From NCBI GenBank assembly GCA_964291315.2, contig OZ219753.1:1-64000 (forward strand): 64,000 bases of DNA, written 5' to 3'. Position numbers and translations under genes: made by a program. Under the pieces are notes generated by a model. The model worked only from the letters and a program-made list of their open reading frames with translations, had not been told where the DNA came from and made no database searches. Source of the stretch: Candidatus Poribacteria bacterium (GTDB lineage: Bacteria; Poribacteria; WGA-4E; WGA-3G). Of the stretch, positions 1-10,926 are shown one piece after another (positions within the stretch are counted from its first letter, which is position 1; every line of letters starts with the position of its first letter).

Positions 1-2298
1 GCATCTTTCCCGATAGGAGCAAAACTGACGCAGCGCTATTTGCCAAACGAGACCTACCTCATCGAAAATCCTATGGTGCCTCCCACAAGTATGTATGAAG
101 AAGGCGGCGGCACAACCGGACACTTTTTCCCCGCATCTGTCGAAACAGAGACCGGTGGCCTAATTCCAACCGATTTCTTTCTCACATCAGAGACATGTGC
201 AACAAAAGGGTGTCATCCGGACATCTATCAGCAGTGGAATGAATCCGCTCACCATTTCTCTTCCTTCAATAACCAGTGGTATCGAAAATCTATCACCTAT
301 ATGCAGGAGGTCAACGGAATTCAACCTTCTAAGTGGTGTGGAGGCTGCCACGATCCGGCAATACTACTCAACGGTGTGATGGACAGACCCATTCGTGAGA
401 ATCTCCATACGCCCGCAGCACAAGCAGGACTCGCCTGCACCGCATGCCACTCCATTGAGAAAGTCAAGGATACGATGGGAAACAGCGGATACGTCATTAA
501 ATACCCACCGCTCCACGACATCGCTGCCAGCAAGAACCCGATCGTCCGCAACTTGCACAATTATCTCATCCGGCTTGACCCAGAACCACACAAAAAGAGT
601 TTCCTCAAGCCGTTTCATCGTCAACAGACCGCAGAATTCTGTTCAACCTGCCACAAAGCACACTTGGATGAACCGGTCAATAATTTTCGATGGATACGCG
701 GCTTTAACGACTATGACCAATGGCAGAAAAGCGGCGTTTCTCACCAAGGAGCGTTGTCCTTCTATTATCCAGAAAAGGCGAAGAAGTGCGTCGATTGCCA
801 TATGCCACTCGTTAACTCCACGGATGCAGGAAATATCAACGGCAAAGTCCACAGCCATCGTTTCCCCGCTGCGAACACAGCCCTGCCTTTTGTCAACCAG
901 CATCCTGAGCAATTGAAGATCGTGACAGAATTTTTGAAAAATGAAGGCGTAACGTTAGATCTGTTTGCAGATGGGATGCCGATCCCAAACGGAGGAATTG
1001 AAGTCACACGCAGCGACAGCACACGCGTTGATGTTGTGGTCCGAACACGCGGTGTCGGACACCGGTTCCCCGCTGGAACGATTGATGCTTTTGATATCTG
1101 GTTAGAGATGAAAGCCACTGATGAAAACGGGAAAATAATCTTCTGGAACGGCAGAATCGCTGCTCCCGACGGAAATGGTCCTGTTGATCCGGAGGCACAT
1201 TTTTACCGGGCTTATATGCTCGATGAACACGGTAATCTCATTAATAAACGGAACGCTTGGGCAACCCGGACACTCCTCTACTCAAATACTATTCCCCCGG
1301 GTGCCGCTGATACCGTCCGATACCGACTCGAATTCCCGCCCGATTGCGGTGAAACCCTCACATTGGAGGTGAAACTTAACCACCGAAAATTCAATTGGTG
1401 GCACACACAATGGGCTTACGCAGGGGTCCGTGATCCGGAAGATACCGATTTTCAGGTGGACAAAGGTTACGACAACGGCAGATGGGTCTGGACAGGCGAT
1501 ACCTCAGATGTTGCAGGAAAAATCAAAGCGATCCCGAACCTGCCGATTATCACGATGGCATCGGCTAAAGCAACTTTGAAAGTATCAGACACAATATCTG
1601 GACCGTCTGATGTAGTCAAAGATAACAACTCTTCACCAACGGAACTTCGGAATATACGAGAACGTTGGAACGATTACGGTATCGGTCTCCTCCTACAAGG
1701 CGATCTGAAAGCCGCACAGATTGCGTTCTCAAAGGTGACGGAAATAGAACCAACATACCTTGACGGTTGGGTGAACCTCGCGCGGTGCCAAATTGCCGAA
1801 GGGGCTATGCAGAGTGCAGAAGCGATGCTTGAAAAGGCGTTCGACATTCAGAAGGCACTGCCCCCGGATAACCCGCATCGCGCCAAAGTCCACTACTTTT
1901 ATGCCCTCGTTCAAGAAGCAGCTGGCAGCTACGACGCAGCAATCGAACACCTCCAGCATGCTGCAGCACAATTCCCGCGCGACACCCGTGTCCGAAATAA
2001 ACTTGGACGCATGTACTTCCTAAAACGCAACTACGAAACCGCGCTGGCAGAATTCCAGAAAACGCTTAAGGTGGACCCAGAAGATCTGGACGCACATTAT
2101 AACATGATGCGTTGCTATCGAGCCCTCAAAAACCCGTCGCTTGCAGCACAATCACAAAAACTCTATCTACGCTTTAAAACAGATGAATCCGTTGACGCAA
2201 TCACGGGCATCCCTCGCCGCGCAAACCCGAACGCTAACCTTGAACGCCAACGGATTCACGAACACACCAACAGTTATGAACCACTGGCTAACCCGTAA
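1..2298 (+). CDS. Multiheme cytochrome c with C-terminal TPR repeats (5' end probably outside the window)
   Basis: Frame is open from base 1. Heme motifs CATKGCH, CGGCH, CTACH, CSTCH and CVDCH; 'GHRFPAG' motif; several TPR helices at the C-terminus. Confidence 0.85.
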   Translation, partial: ASFPIGAKLTQRYLPNETYLIENPMVPPTSMYEEGGGTTGHFFPASVETETGGLIPTDFFLTSETCATKGCHPDIYQQWNESAHHFSSFNNQWYRKSITYMQEVNGIQPSKWCGGCHDPAILLNGVMDRPIRENLHTPAAQAGLACTACHSIEKVKDTMGNSGYVIKYPPLHDIAASKNPIVRNLHNYLIRLDPEPHKKSFLKPFHRQQTAEFCSTCHKAHLDEPVNNFRWIRGFNDYDQWQKSGVSHQGALSFYYPEKAKKCVDCHMPLVNSTDAGNINGKVHSHRFPAANTALPFVNQHPEQLKIVTEFLKNEGVTLDLFADGMPIPNGGIEVTRSDSTRVDVVVRTRGVGHRFPAGTIDAFDIWLEMKATDENGKIIFWNGRIAAPDGNGPVDPEAHFYRAYMLDEHGNLINKRNAWATRTLLYSNTIPPGAADTVRYRLEFPPDCGETLTLEVKLNHRKFNWWHTQWAYAGVRDPEDTDFQVDKGYDNGRWVWTGDTSDVAGKIKAIPNLPIITMASAKATLKVSDTISGPSDVVKDNNSSPTELRNIRERWNDYGIGLLLQGDLKAAQIAFSKVTEIEPTYLDGWVNLARCQIAEGAMQSAEAMLEKAFDIQKALPPDNPHRAKVHYFYALVQEAAGSYDAAIEHLQHAAAQFPRDTRVRNKLGRMYFLKRNYETALAEFQKTLKVDPEDLDAHYNMMRCYRALKNPSLAAQSQKLYLRFKTDESVDAITGIPRRANPNANLERQRIHEHTNSYEPLANP

Positions 2299-2472
2299 AC
2301 ATCAACATGCAGCTGAATCAACTGTCGAATTCTCCAGCCAAATCCCAGAAGACATACATACATCAACATCAAGATACAATTTGACAATTCGACTATAACG
2401 TGCTACCCTTAAAAAAACAACTATCCTCAACTAGGACATCCGTATTGTAAAGCAATCCTTATTCCTTATGGA

Positions 2473-3900
2473 TTGGAAACTATTTTGACAATTATTCACA
2501 CAAAAAACCTCTTGCGACGATTGCCAGCTATTGAATACCTTCTAAACACACTGGAGATGCTTGACTTACAGGACACTTACGCCCGTCCGCTCGTGACAGA
2601 GGCACTGCGGACTGTCGTCGCTGACATCCGAAATGATATTCTGAATGGAAATCTCACCCAGCTCCCAGAACAAACTGAATACGCCCGACGGACACAGCAG
2701 AAGCTTGTCGAAAAGATAGGCACACGCATGCGGCCCCTTGTCAATGCGACAGGCACGATCACACACACCAATTTAGGCAGATCGTTGTTAAGCACCGCTG
2801 CTTGTGAACGAATTCAGCAAGCCGCACAAAACTACGTTAACCTCGAATACGACCTCACAACGGGCAAAAGGGGACATCGAGATCAGATCACCGAACCGCT
2901 TTTACAACAATTGACGGGTTGTGAAGCATCTACAGTTGTCAATAACAATGCAGCTGCAGTACTGCTTGCACTCCAAACGATGGCGCGCGATAAGGAGGTT
3001 ATCGTCTCACGCGGGGAACTGATTGAAATCGGGGGAGCATTCCGTATCCCTGATGTAATGGCAGCAAGTGGCGCAATCCTCCGCGAAGTAGGTACTACCA
3101 ACCGTACACATCTCCAAGACTATACAAAGGCTATCAATGAAAATACGGGGCTGTTGCTCAAGGTACATCCGAGCAACTACAAGATCCTCGGTTTCGCTTC
3201 AACGCCTGCAATAGAGACATTGACGAAACTTGGGGCACAACACAGCATTCCCACTATGGAGGACCTCGGAAGCGGTGCACTCATTGATATGACAGCATAT
3301 GGACTTCCTAGCGAACCCCTCGTCCGAGACCGCATCTCCAGTGGCGTTGATGTTGTCACCTTCAGCGGCGATAAACTGCTCGGTGGTCCACAAGCAGGAA
3401 TCATCGCCGGCAAGAAGGAATGGATCGAAAAGATGCGTAAAAACCCGATGATGCGTGCACTTCGCGTCGATAAACTCACCATTGCTGGTTTGTCTGCCAC
3501 ACTGCAATGTTATCTCATCGATAGGGCAACCCTCACAGAACAGTTGCCGATGCTCAACCGCTATACCCGTTCAATAGAGACTCTCCATGCCATCGCAGTA
3601 GAACTTAAGACGAAACTCCAAGGTAACATCTTAGCTGAAAAGGTCACGGTTCAAGTGACAGAGACCTTCGGACAGATCGGGAGTGGGGCACTGCCTGTTG
3701 AAACGTTGCCGAGTGTCGCCCTTATTCTCGAGCCTAAGAACACTTCCGCTGAACTGCTCGCAGCACATTTCCGAAGCGCCACAATTCCTGTCATTGGTAG
3801 AATTAAGAACAATCTCTTTTGGTTGGACCTCCGTGCCGTCTACGAGCGAGAACAGAATTGGATAGTTGAAACTGCTACAGAGGTGGCTAAAATGCTATGA
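2473..3900 (+). CDS. selA: L-seryl-tRNA(Sec) selenium transferase
   Basis: Motifs VNATGTITHTNLGRS, VNNNAAA, SRGELIEIGGAFRIPDVM and FSGDKLLGGPQAG (PLP lysine). Exact start uncertain. Confidence 0.95.
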   Translation: METILTIIHTKNLLRRLPAIEYLLNTLEMLDLQDTYARPLVTEALRTVVADIRNDILNGNLTQLPEQTEYARRTQQKLVEKIGTRMRPLVNATGTITHTNLGRSLLSTAACERIQQAAQNYVNLEYDLTTGKRGHRDQITEPLLQQLTGCEASTVVNNNAAAVLLALQTMARDKEVIVSRGELIEIGGAFRIPDVMAASGAILREVGTTNRTHLQDYTKAINENTGLLLKVHPSNYKILGFASTPAIETLTKLGAQHSIPTMEDLGSGALIDMTAYGLPSEPLVRDRISSGVDVVTFSGDKLLGGPQAGIIAGKKEWIEKMRKNPMMRALRVDKLTIAGLSATLQCYLIDRATLTEQLPMLNRYTRSIETLHAIAVELKTKLQGNILAEKVTVQVTETFGQIGSGALPVETLPSVALILEPKNTSAELLAAHFRSATIPVIGRIKNNLFWLDLRAVYEREQNWIVETATEVAKML

Positions 3901-4733
3901 AGGTCGCATGGAAAACCCGGAAATTGCGTCCAATGATACTGCTATTTCTAATCTGTGTCCTCAGCATCGGTATCTGTGCATGCCTGCGGGAATCCCAATC
4001 TACTGATGAACCGCCCACAGAAATCGTCTCTGAAGTTGATGGTGCGGCAATGATGTTGATTCCAGCAGGCACGTTTCAGATGGGCTCTACCACGGGCGAC
4101 AGCGACGAAAAACCCGTGCATCCCGTGACCCTCCATGCATTCTATATGGACATCTATGAAGTAACCAATGCCCGCTATCAGAAATTCGTCGAAAGCACCG
4201 GTTATGCGCAACCACCACTTGCACATAACCCGCATTTTAACGCCCCGGATACCCCTGTCGTCCAAGTAAATTGGCGTGATGCAGCTGCTTATGCAGCATG
4301 GGCAAATAAGCGGCTGCCGACGGAAGCGGAATGGGAATACGCTGCACGCGGCGGTCTGGTTGGCAAACGATACCCGAACGGTGATATAATAACGCATGCA
4401 GATGCCAATCTGGCTGGCATAAGTGGAACAGACAAATGGAAGTGGACAGCCCCGGTCGGCAGCTTCCTTTCCAACGGCTATCACATATACGATATGGCGG
4501 GGAATGTCTGGGAATGGTGTTTTGACGAATACAACAGTGAATTTTACAGTCTGAGCACACAAGATAACCCGCGCTTCGGCGAAGAAGACACACCTGATAG
4601 AGAGAACTTCCGTATTCTGCGAGGAGGTGGATGGGGTGGCGCACCTGAAGACCTTCGTGTCGCAGACCGATGGTATCACCTTTCATCTGGCAGCACGATC
4701 GGTTTCCGATGTGTGAAAGACCTAGCACCCTAG
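3897..4733 (+). CDS. Formylglycine-generating-enzyme (FGE/SUMF1)-fold secreted or lipoprotein, probably non-catalytic
   Basis: Motifs RLPTEAEWEYAARGG, DMAGNVWEW and RGGGW...GFRC; N-terminal hydrophobic segment; the catalytic Cys pair is not evident. Confidence 0.9.
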   Translation: MKVAWKTRKLRPMILLFLICVLSIGICACLRESQSTDEPPTEIVSEVDGAAMMLIPAGTFQMGSTTGDSDEKPVHPVTLHAFYMDIYEVTNARYQKFVESTGYAQPPLAHNPHFNAPDTPVVQVNWRDAAAYAAWANKRLPTEAEWEYAARGGLVGKRYPNGDIITHADANLAGISGTDKWKWTAPVGSFLSNGYHIYDMAGNVWEWCFDEYNSEFYSLSTQDNPRFGEEDTPDRENFRILRGGGWGGAPEDLRVADRWYHLSSGSTIGFRCVKDLAP

Positions 4734-5229
4734 GAAATCGTCCTTGCCATAAAAAACGGTAGGTGATGCATGCAACAACTTTTGCGTAAAAATACTGTTA
4801 TTTTTTCATTATCTGTTGTGGTTGCGGAGGAAATATAAACAAGAAGCAAAGCAGAAATCTTTAAAATCATGTAACCCTGGTACCCATACAACACAACCGA
4901 ACGCCCTGGGGAAAGCCCTCGCGGCTCATCATAGAAACAATCTCTTTTTCCTTCTGAGAGTGTGCACAATTTGTGCCCTATTCGGCGGTTTGCAGGGATT
5001 GACGATGAGCGGTTTCTGGTCGGGAATCCTGAATAGATGCTCCGCTTGCGGACAGTTTGATGCCGAAAAAGTGCATGGAGACTTGGGCCAAACGCTACCT
5101 TTTACTATAATTGCCCAGAGGCAAAGGCGAAGCAGTTCCCAGTTCCCGAGTCGCAGCGAGATAGGCTTGTACCCCCAAGACGATAGATAACTCGATAGCG
5201 GGAAGTTACACAAGGACAACAGCGCAAAA

Positions 5230-6309
5230 ATGGCAGTCACAGTTGAATTAAACCATGTCACAAAAGCATTTGATACAACGCTTGCCGTCAACAACGTGAG
5301 CCTAAAAATAGAGAAGGGCGAGTTTTTCTTCCTTCTCGGCCCCTCGGGTTGTGGCAAATCGACGTTCCTCCGTATCCTTGCTGGTTTCTATAAACCCGAT
5401 ACAGGTGAACTGCAATTTGATGACACCGTAATGAATAATGTTCCTCCACATCAACGCAATACAGGCATGGTATTTCAAAACTACGCTTTGTGGCCCCACA
5501 TGTCTGTTGCTGAAAATATCGAATACGGACTCATGCTTCGCAAGCTCGAAAAATCAGAACGTCAAGAAAAAACAGCTCGCGCACTAGAGATGGTGCAAAT
5601 GGACGGTTATCACGATCGGGCAGTCAATACGCTTTCTGGCGGACAACAACAGCGTATCGCACTTGCACGCGCGCTCGTTATTGAACCGAGTGTACTACTC
5701 CTCGACGAACCGATTAGCAATCTCGATGCCGCACTCCGACAACAGATGCGAGATGAGATCAAACAGATTCACGATCGCACAAATATCACAACCTTCTACG
5801 TCACGCATGACCAAGTCGATGCTCTTTCGATGGCACACCGGATGGCGATTATGCAAGATGGCGTTATCGTTCAAGTCGGTACCCCACGTGAGGTTTATCA
5901 ATTCCCGAAAAACGCCTTTGTAGCAAGTTTTGTCGGCGAAACTAATTTCATCTCAGGCAAAGTTCAACACACCTCAAACGGTACCGCCATCATCGAAACG
6001 CCAATTGGAACGCTTCACTCTGAAGCCGTATATCACGAACTCTCACCCGGAGCAACCGTGCAATGTTCAATCCGGCCAGAGTCATTTATTCTTCACAATA
6101 CCCAGAAAGAGAACAGTCTTGTTAAGAACGAGATAAACGCGACGGTTAAAGCTGTCAATTATTTAGGAGGAGTGGAGGAATACCAGTTGATGGCTGCAGA
6201 CATCCCTCTTAAAGCTGTACATTACAACCCCGGCATGGAAGCAAAAAAGCCGGGCGACACCGTCCAACTCACAATATCGGCAAAGATGGTTATTCCGCTA
6301 ACAGAATAG
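5230..6309 (+). CDS. ABC transporter ATP-binding protein (PotA/FbpC-like, TOBE C-terminus)
   Basis: Walker A GPSGCGKS, signature LSGGQQQR, Walker B LLLDEP, and YVTHDQ. Confidence 0.92.
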   Translation: MAVTVELNHVTKAFDTTLAVNNVSLKIEKGEFFFLLGPSGCGKSTFLRILAGFYKPDTGELQFDDTVMNNVPPHQRNTGMVFQNYALWPHMSVAENIEYGLMLRKLEKSERQEKTARALEMVQMDGYHDRAVNTLSGGQQQRIALARALVIEPSVLLLDEPISNLDAALRQQMRDEIKQIHDRTNITTFYVTHDQVDALSMAHRMAIMQDGVIVQVGTPREVYQFPKNAFVASFVGETNFISGKVQHTSNGTAIIETPIGTLHSEAVYHELSPGATVQCSIRPESFILHNTQKENSLVKNEINATVKAVNYLGGVEEYQLMAADIPLKAVHYNPGMEAKKPGDTVQLTISAKMVIPLTE

Positions 6310-6356
6310 CCGTTAGCAAGAGAACGTCAATTATTACAAGAAACCACATTTACAAA

Positions 6357-9300
6357 ATGCAATTAACACCGAGTCAACAAAACGCGCTCGACACAAAAAA
6401 ACACATTTCCGTAATCGCCGGGGCAGGATCCGGAAAAACGACTGTGCTGGTTGAACGTTACCTCAAAATTTTGTATGAGGGGAACGTTAAATCACCGCAA
6501 GAAATCGTCGCTATCACCTTCACAGAAAAAGCCGCCGCTGAAATGAAAAAGCGGATTATCACAGAACTGACTGCACAAGAAACATATGAGAGTACACAGC
6601 AATACAACTCACTGCAGCGGTTCCGTGAGGAGATGGGCTCAGCACACATTTCAACCATCCATGCTTTTTGCTCACGCATTCTGAGAGAATTCCCCTTCCA
6701 AGCCGGGGTCCCTGCCAACTTCAGCATCATACAAAACATCGACCAGAAACTGCTGCTACAGCAAACTATTACAGACACCCTCAAGCAGATTGCAACAGAT
6801 ACTAACGATAGACACCGTCCCGAACTGACACGTTTATTGCAACGTTACGGCGGGCAACAGAAACTGGTGGATTTCTTCTCTGACCTAGTCAATCAACGTG
6901 AGATAATTGAACACCTAACGCAGCACATTTATGACAAGCAATCGGTATCCGACATACGTGAAAATTGGGGGAAAAGTGAACATGTGGAAATTATAGCAAC
7001 GATCGAACGACTCATGGCGAACATTGATGTTCTCGAATTCATCCGATGTCTAAACGTCGTTTTGCAGGTCGCGAAAGGCAAAAAGGCAACGGAAACCGAA
7101 AAGTTAACAGGGCGATTAGAAACACTACATGAGCGGCACCCAGATTCGCCTGAGATACCGAGCTTGCTAAAGAAAATTATAGATGGTATCACAACCAACA
7201 ATAGTCATATCAGAACACAAAGTTTTCTACCGAAAAACGTTGACAGAACGAGTATTGCCGATGAAATCAGATTTCTCGAAAAAACAGCCACAAAGATTAA
7301 AGGCATGCCAGTCCCTAAAACAGCGTCTAAAAAGGAAACTGATGACGATAAAACCGATAGCGAAGAGGAAACTGATGACGATTTTCTAATCCATACAACC
7401 CGTGACCTCTTCAAACTATATGAACGAATCCTTAGAGAATACCAAAACGCCAAATTCTCGCAAAGCAAACTAGACTTCAGCGATCTCCAGATTAAAACCC
7501 GCGACCTCCTCCAGAACAACGAGGATATCCGACAAACATTAGTATCACGACATAAATATTACATGATAGACGAATATCAAGATACAAACGAATTACAGTA
7601 CAGCCTCGTCATGTGTCTCACAGATGAACTTAAAAGCGCGAATCTCTTCATCGTCGGCGATCCGAAACAGAGCATTTACGCCTTTCGTGGGGCTGATGTC
7701 AGTGTCTTTGAGAAGACACGGCAAAAAATTGCGCAAAACAATGGACGCACTATTTCCCTTGCAGAGAACTTCCGTTCCTTGTCTACGATTATTGCCTTTG
7801 TCAACTATTTTTTTTCCAATCTGATGGAGGCTAAGAGTGAAAATAAATTCGAAGTGCCATATGAATTCTTAAAAAAAGCCCGCCCGACGCAGGCAGAAGG
7901 GCAGGTCGAATTGCTGTTTGGAAACAAGGGAGAAGAATCAATTGATGAACCCGCCCTGATCGCACGGCATATCAAGAACATGAAACTCAGTGGAGAAACG
8001 GTGTCGGTCCGCGAGAACGGAGAAGAGGTGGAGCGCTCCATAGCATATGGAGACGTAGCTATTCTCATTCGAAGCAGAACACATCTGCCTGATATTGAAC
8101 ATGCCCTCCTTGAAGCAGGCATCCCTTACCTCACAACAGGCGGCATCGGTTTCTATCAACGGCAAGAAATCTACGACATCTGGAATTATCTTAACTTCCT
8201 TGACAACCCGACTAAAAACCACGCTTCTCTCGTCGGGATCCTCCGGGGCCCGGCCTTCGGTATATCTGATACCGAAATCTACGAAATATCAGAAATCCCG
8301 GCGGAAGAAAAAACCAATTTCTGGGAAAAAGCACACAAATATCCTGACCCGTCCAAGTACCTCAAGAATGCCATAGATACCCTAAAAAAGCACACCGAGA
8401 CCGCACATCGCACGCCTGTAAACCAACTAATCCTCGCTATCGTTAATGAAACAGGAATGATTGGTACCTTGAAAACAGGAAAGCAGGGACAACAACGGTG
8501 GGCAAATTACCAGAAACTGTTGGAACTCGCCAGAAATTTTGACGCTGACGAGGATAAACAGACCCTCACAGATTTCATTGACTTTCTTAATATCTTGATC
8601 GACGAAGAACCACGCGAAGGACAAGCACCCATGGAACCAAGCACCGGGGCCGTCGAAATTATGACAATCCACGCAGCGAAAGGAAAACAATTTCCAATCG
8701 TTATACTCCCTTGTCTTGATCGTAGGGGACAAACTGACAGCGAGCCTTTCATCGATGACACACTCGGTATCGGTTTTAGCCCGCTTAATCCAAAAAAAGA
8801 TTATGAAAAAACTGCCCCAGCCATTGTTGAACGTATGAAAAATCGGGCGAACGCGAAATCGATCGCCGAAAAGAAGCGAATATTATACGTCGGGGCAACG
8901 CGTGCGGAGGACCGGCTGATCTTATCGGGCACGCTTTCAGCCAAAGGGAAACCCCTAAATGCCCTTGAATGGCTCCATAAACACCTTGACATTGATGAGG
9001 AAACCCAACAGTTGAATCTGTCTGTTGCATTAGAAGTCTTTGCAAACAATCACACAAAACGTCAAGACTATGAATTCCAGATCCCGGTTTCTCGGACACT
9101 CGCGTCCCTTGCATCTGGCGATGAGATTTCCGGTGAAACAACAGACATCGAACTCCCTGATCCCTCGCCACCGACACTACAATCAACTGAAATCAAGGCA
9201 ACCTTCACCGTCGCGGAACTTGCCAACTACGCCCGCTGCCCGTTGCGATACCAATTGGAAAACCTACTACAGCTCCCACAAATCAATGCAGAGACGGAGC

Positions 9301-9908
9301 CAGATGAGGAAGAACGGAACAAGGCGATCCGGCAAGTGATGGCCCGAATAAGACAGCAATCCGATACGGAAAAACTTGATTCTTTGATTAACGAAACGCT
9401 TAAAGAGTACCCTGAATTAACAGGCAAATCAACAGCGATACTCCGCACATGTGTCAACAATTTTACTAGCACCAAGATTAGGGGAACCTTTCTTAATGCA
9501 TCCGAAGTCTATACGAATCAGCACATCCAAGCGAATATCAACGGGCACATTATTGAAGGGCGGTTCGACAGAATCTTTAAAGATAAAATAGGACAATATC
9601 AGCTAATCATCTACGATACTACTGAAGCAAACGACTCGGATTTATACCGCCCACAGATAGGACTTTATGCACTGCTCATGCTCCGACGTTATCCAGAGCA
9701 ACCGATAATAATCGTCAACATTTTCTTTAACAAACAAGGCCAGGGCACATCTATGCAATTCAGCACATCAGAATTGCTGGAAGTCCAAAAACTGTGGGGT
9801 GAAAAAATATCGAAACTCCAGACAGAGATTTATGAGAAAAACTTCGAACACTGCTGTTTTTGTCCCTATGCGGACCCCGAGGGGCAGTGCATAGTTACCG
9901 AAATATAA
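6357..9908 (+). CDS. UvrD/AddA-like helicase with C-terminal PD-(D/E)xK-type, Fe-S-binding nuclease-like domain
   Basis: Motifs AGAGSGKT, TFTEKAA, IDEYQDTN, VGDPKQSIYAFRGAD, MTIHAAKG and YVGATRA; C-terminal CPLRY...CCFCPY...C. Confidence 0.88.
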   Translation: MQLTPSQQNALDTKKHISVIAGAGSGKTTVLVERYLKILYEGNVKSPQEIVAITFTEKAAAEMKKRIITELTAQETYESTQQYNSLQRFREEMGSAHISTIHAFCSRILREFPFQAGVPANFSIIQNIDQKLLLQQTITDTLKQIATDTNDRHRPELTRLLQRYGGQQKLVDFFSDLVNQREIIEHLTQHIYDKQSVSDIRENWGKSEHVEIIATIERLMANIDVLEFIRCLNVVLQVAKGKKATETEKLTGRLETLHERHPDSPEIPSLLKKIIDGITTNNSHIRTQSFLPKNVDRTSIADEIRFLEKTATKIKGMPVPKTASKKETDDDKTDSEEETDDDFLIHTTRDLFKLYERILREYQNAKFSQSKLDFSDLQIKTRDLLQNNEDIRQTLVSRHKYYMIDEYQDTNELQYSLVMCLTDELKSANLFIVGDPKQSIYAFRGADVSVFEKTRQKIAQNNGRTISLAENFRSLSTIIAFVNYFFSNLMEAKSENKFEVPYEFLKKARPTQAEGQVELLFGNKGEESIDEPALIARHIKNMKLSGETVSVRENGEEVERSIAYGDVAILIRSRTHLPDIEHALLEAGIPYLTTGGIGFYQRQEIYDIWNYLNFLDNPTKNHASLVGILRGPAFGISDTEIYEISEIPAEEKTNFWEKAHKYPDPSKYLKNAIDTLKKHTETAHRTPVNQLILAIVNETGMIGTLKTGKQGQQRWANYQKLLELARNFDADEDKQTLTDFIDFLNILIDEEPREGQAPMEPSTGAVEIMTIHAAKGKQFPIVILPCLDRRGQTDSEPFIDDTLGIGFSPLNPKKDYEKTAPAIVERMKNRANAKSIAEKKRILYVGATRAEDRLILSGTLSAKGKPLNALEWLHKHLDIDEETQQLNLSVALEVFANNHTKRQDYEFQIPVSRTLASLASGDEISGETTDIELPDPSPPTLQSTEIKATFTVAELANYARCPLRYQLENLLQLPQINAETEPDEEERNKAIRQVMARIRQQSDTEKLDSLINETLKEYPELTGKSTAILRTCVNNFTSTKIRGTFLNASEVYTNQHIQANINGHIIEGRFDRIFKDKIGQYQLIIYDTTEANDSDLYRPQIGLYALLMLRRYPEQPIIIVNIFFNKQGQGTSMQFSTSELLEVQKLWGEKISKLQTEIYEKNFEHCCFCPYADPEGQCIVTEI

Positions 9909-9921
9909 TCAGGAGTAGTAA

Positions 9922-10644
9922 ATGAAAAAACGAATGCCCGCTATCGTACTCCTCATAAGTGCTTGCTTTGTAATACAGACGTGGCAACTCGCCCCGGCAG
10001 GCACATGGCGAGACGATTTTGAAGACAAAGATACCCGAGAATGGAAAATCTTTAACCTCGATCGACAGGTTGAGAAGTGGTGGATCGATGACGGTGAAGC
10101 CGTCGGCGAAATTTTCCTGAAGGGCTTCATGAGCCTCTGGCTCACAGGAGAACTTAATTGGAAAAACTACTCCCTCTCCTGCCGTACAAAATTAGTGGAG
10201 GACAAGAATGAACCACCAAGCATCGGACTGACGCTCCACGATAGGGGCGAAGAAGATAGTCGCTACCTCTTTCTTATCGACTATGTTTTCGGCACCGCCC
10301 GCATCATAAAATCACTGCAAAACAGTTGGTTCCCCTTCACTTTCTCATTTGATGCTGAGATCGATACATGGTACGAACTAACGGCTACCATTCACGAAGA
10401 TGGCACACTTGAATTTAAAGTCGATGACGAGGTATTTACTGTTTTTGACGATGAACCCCTGAAAGGTGGACTAGCTGGACTTGTTGTCGAAGACGGACGG
10501 GCACACTTCGACGACATCGAAATCACCGGGGCAAACATCAAAAATGGCGGACCCGGAAAACCGCGTCATGTCGAACCACACACTAAACTTGCAACTGCCT
10601 GGGGAAACATAAAAAAAGGCACTCCAATTAAACATAGACACTAG
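9922..10644 (+). CDS. Secreted beta-sandwich (DUF1080/concanavalin-like) protein with C-terminal 'VEP..KLATAWGNIK' motif
   Basis: Signal peptide; motifs WRDDFED, W.NY, WYEL and FDDIEI; the C-terminal motif is shared with the genes at 59788 and 63369. Confidence 0.7.
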   Translation: MKKRMPAIVLLISACFVIQTWQLAPAGTWRDDFEDKDTREWKIFNLDRQVEKWWIDDGEAVGEIFLKGFMSLWLTGELNWKNYSLSCRTKLVEDKNEPPSIGLTLHDRGEEDSRYLFLIDYVFGTARIIKSLQNSWFPFTFSFDAEIDTWYELTATIHEDGTLEFKVDDEVFTVFDDEPLKGGLAGLVVEDGRAHFDDIEITGANIKNGGPGKPRHVEPHTKLATAWGNIKKGTPIKHRH

Positions 10645-10926
10645 ATGTTTATAGAGACATGCCTATAACAAAAGTGAGGCCTGTCAGAAAACTCATCATA
10701 TTTACCGGAGTTAAAAGGGAATTACCGCCGTTAGAAGCAGGGAAAACATCGGATAGGTCGGTATGATACACAGGCAGGCATATCGCCAGATCGCAGACAG
10801 ATTCCACGCCAGTCTATCAATTCTTGCAAGCTGTCTCCTCCGGAAAACACGGAAACCTAAGTCTTCGAAAAGCCGCCGCGGTTGTCGACGGGCAAACCGC
10901 TATCCAAAATTCATGGAAGGAGGTTA

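Noticed and set aside
3897-4733. FGE-fold gene as a DGR target
   Set aside because: No template repeat or reverse transcriptase is visible in the window.
4930-5200. tmRNA or riboswitch upstream of the ABC ATPase
   Set aside because: No tRNA-like ends or recognisable aptamer core on either strand.
10680-10920. c-di-GMP riboswitch
   Set aside because: Only a GGCAAAC fragment is present, without the second stem; the region reads more like a decayed coding fragment.
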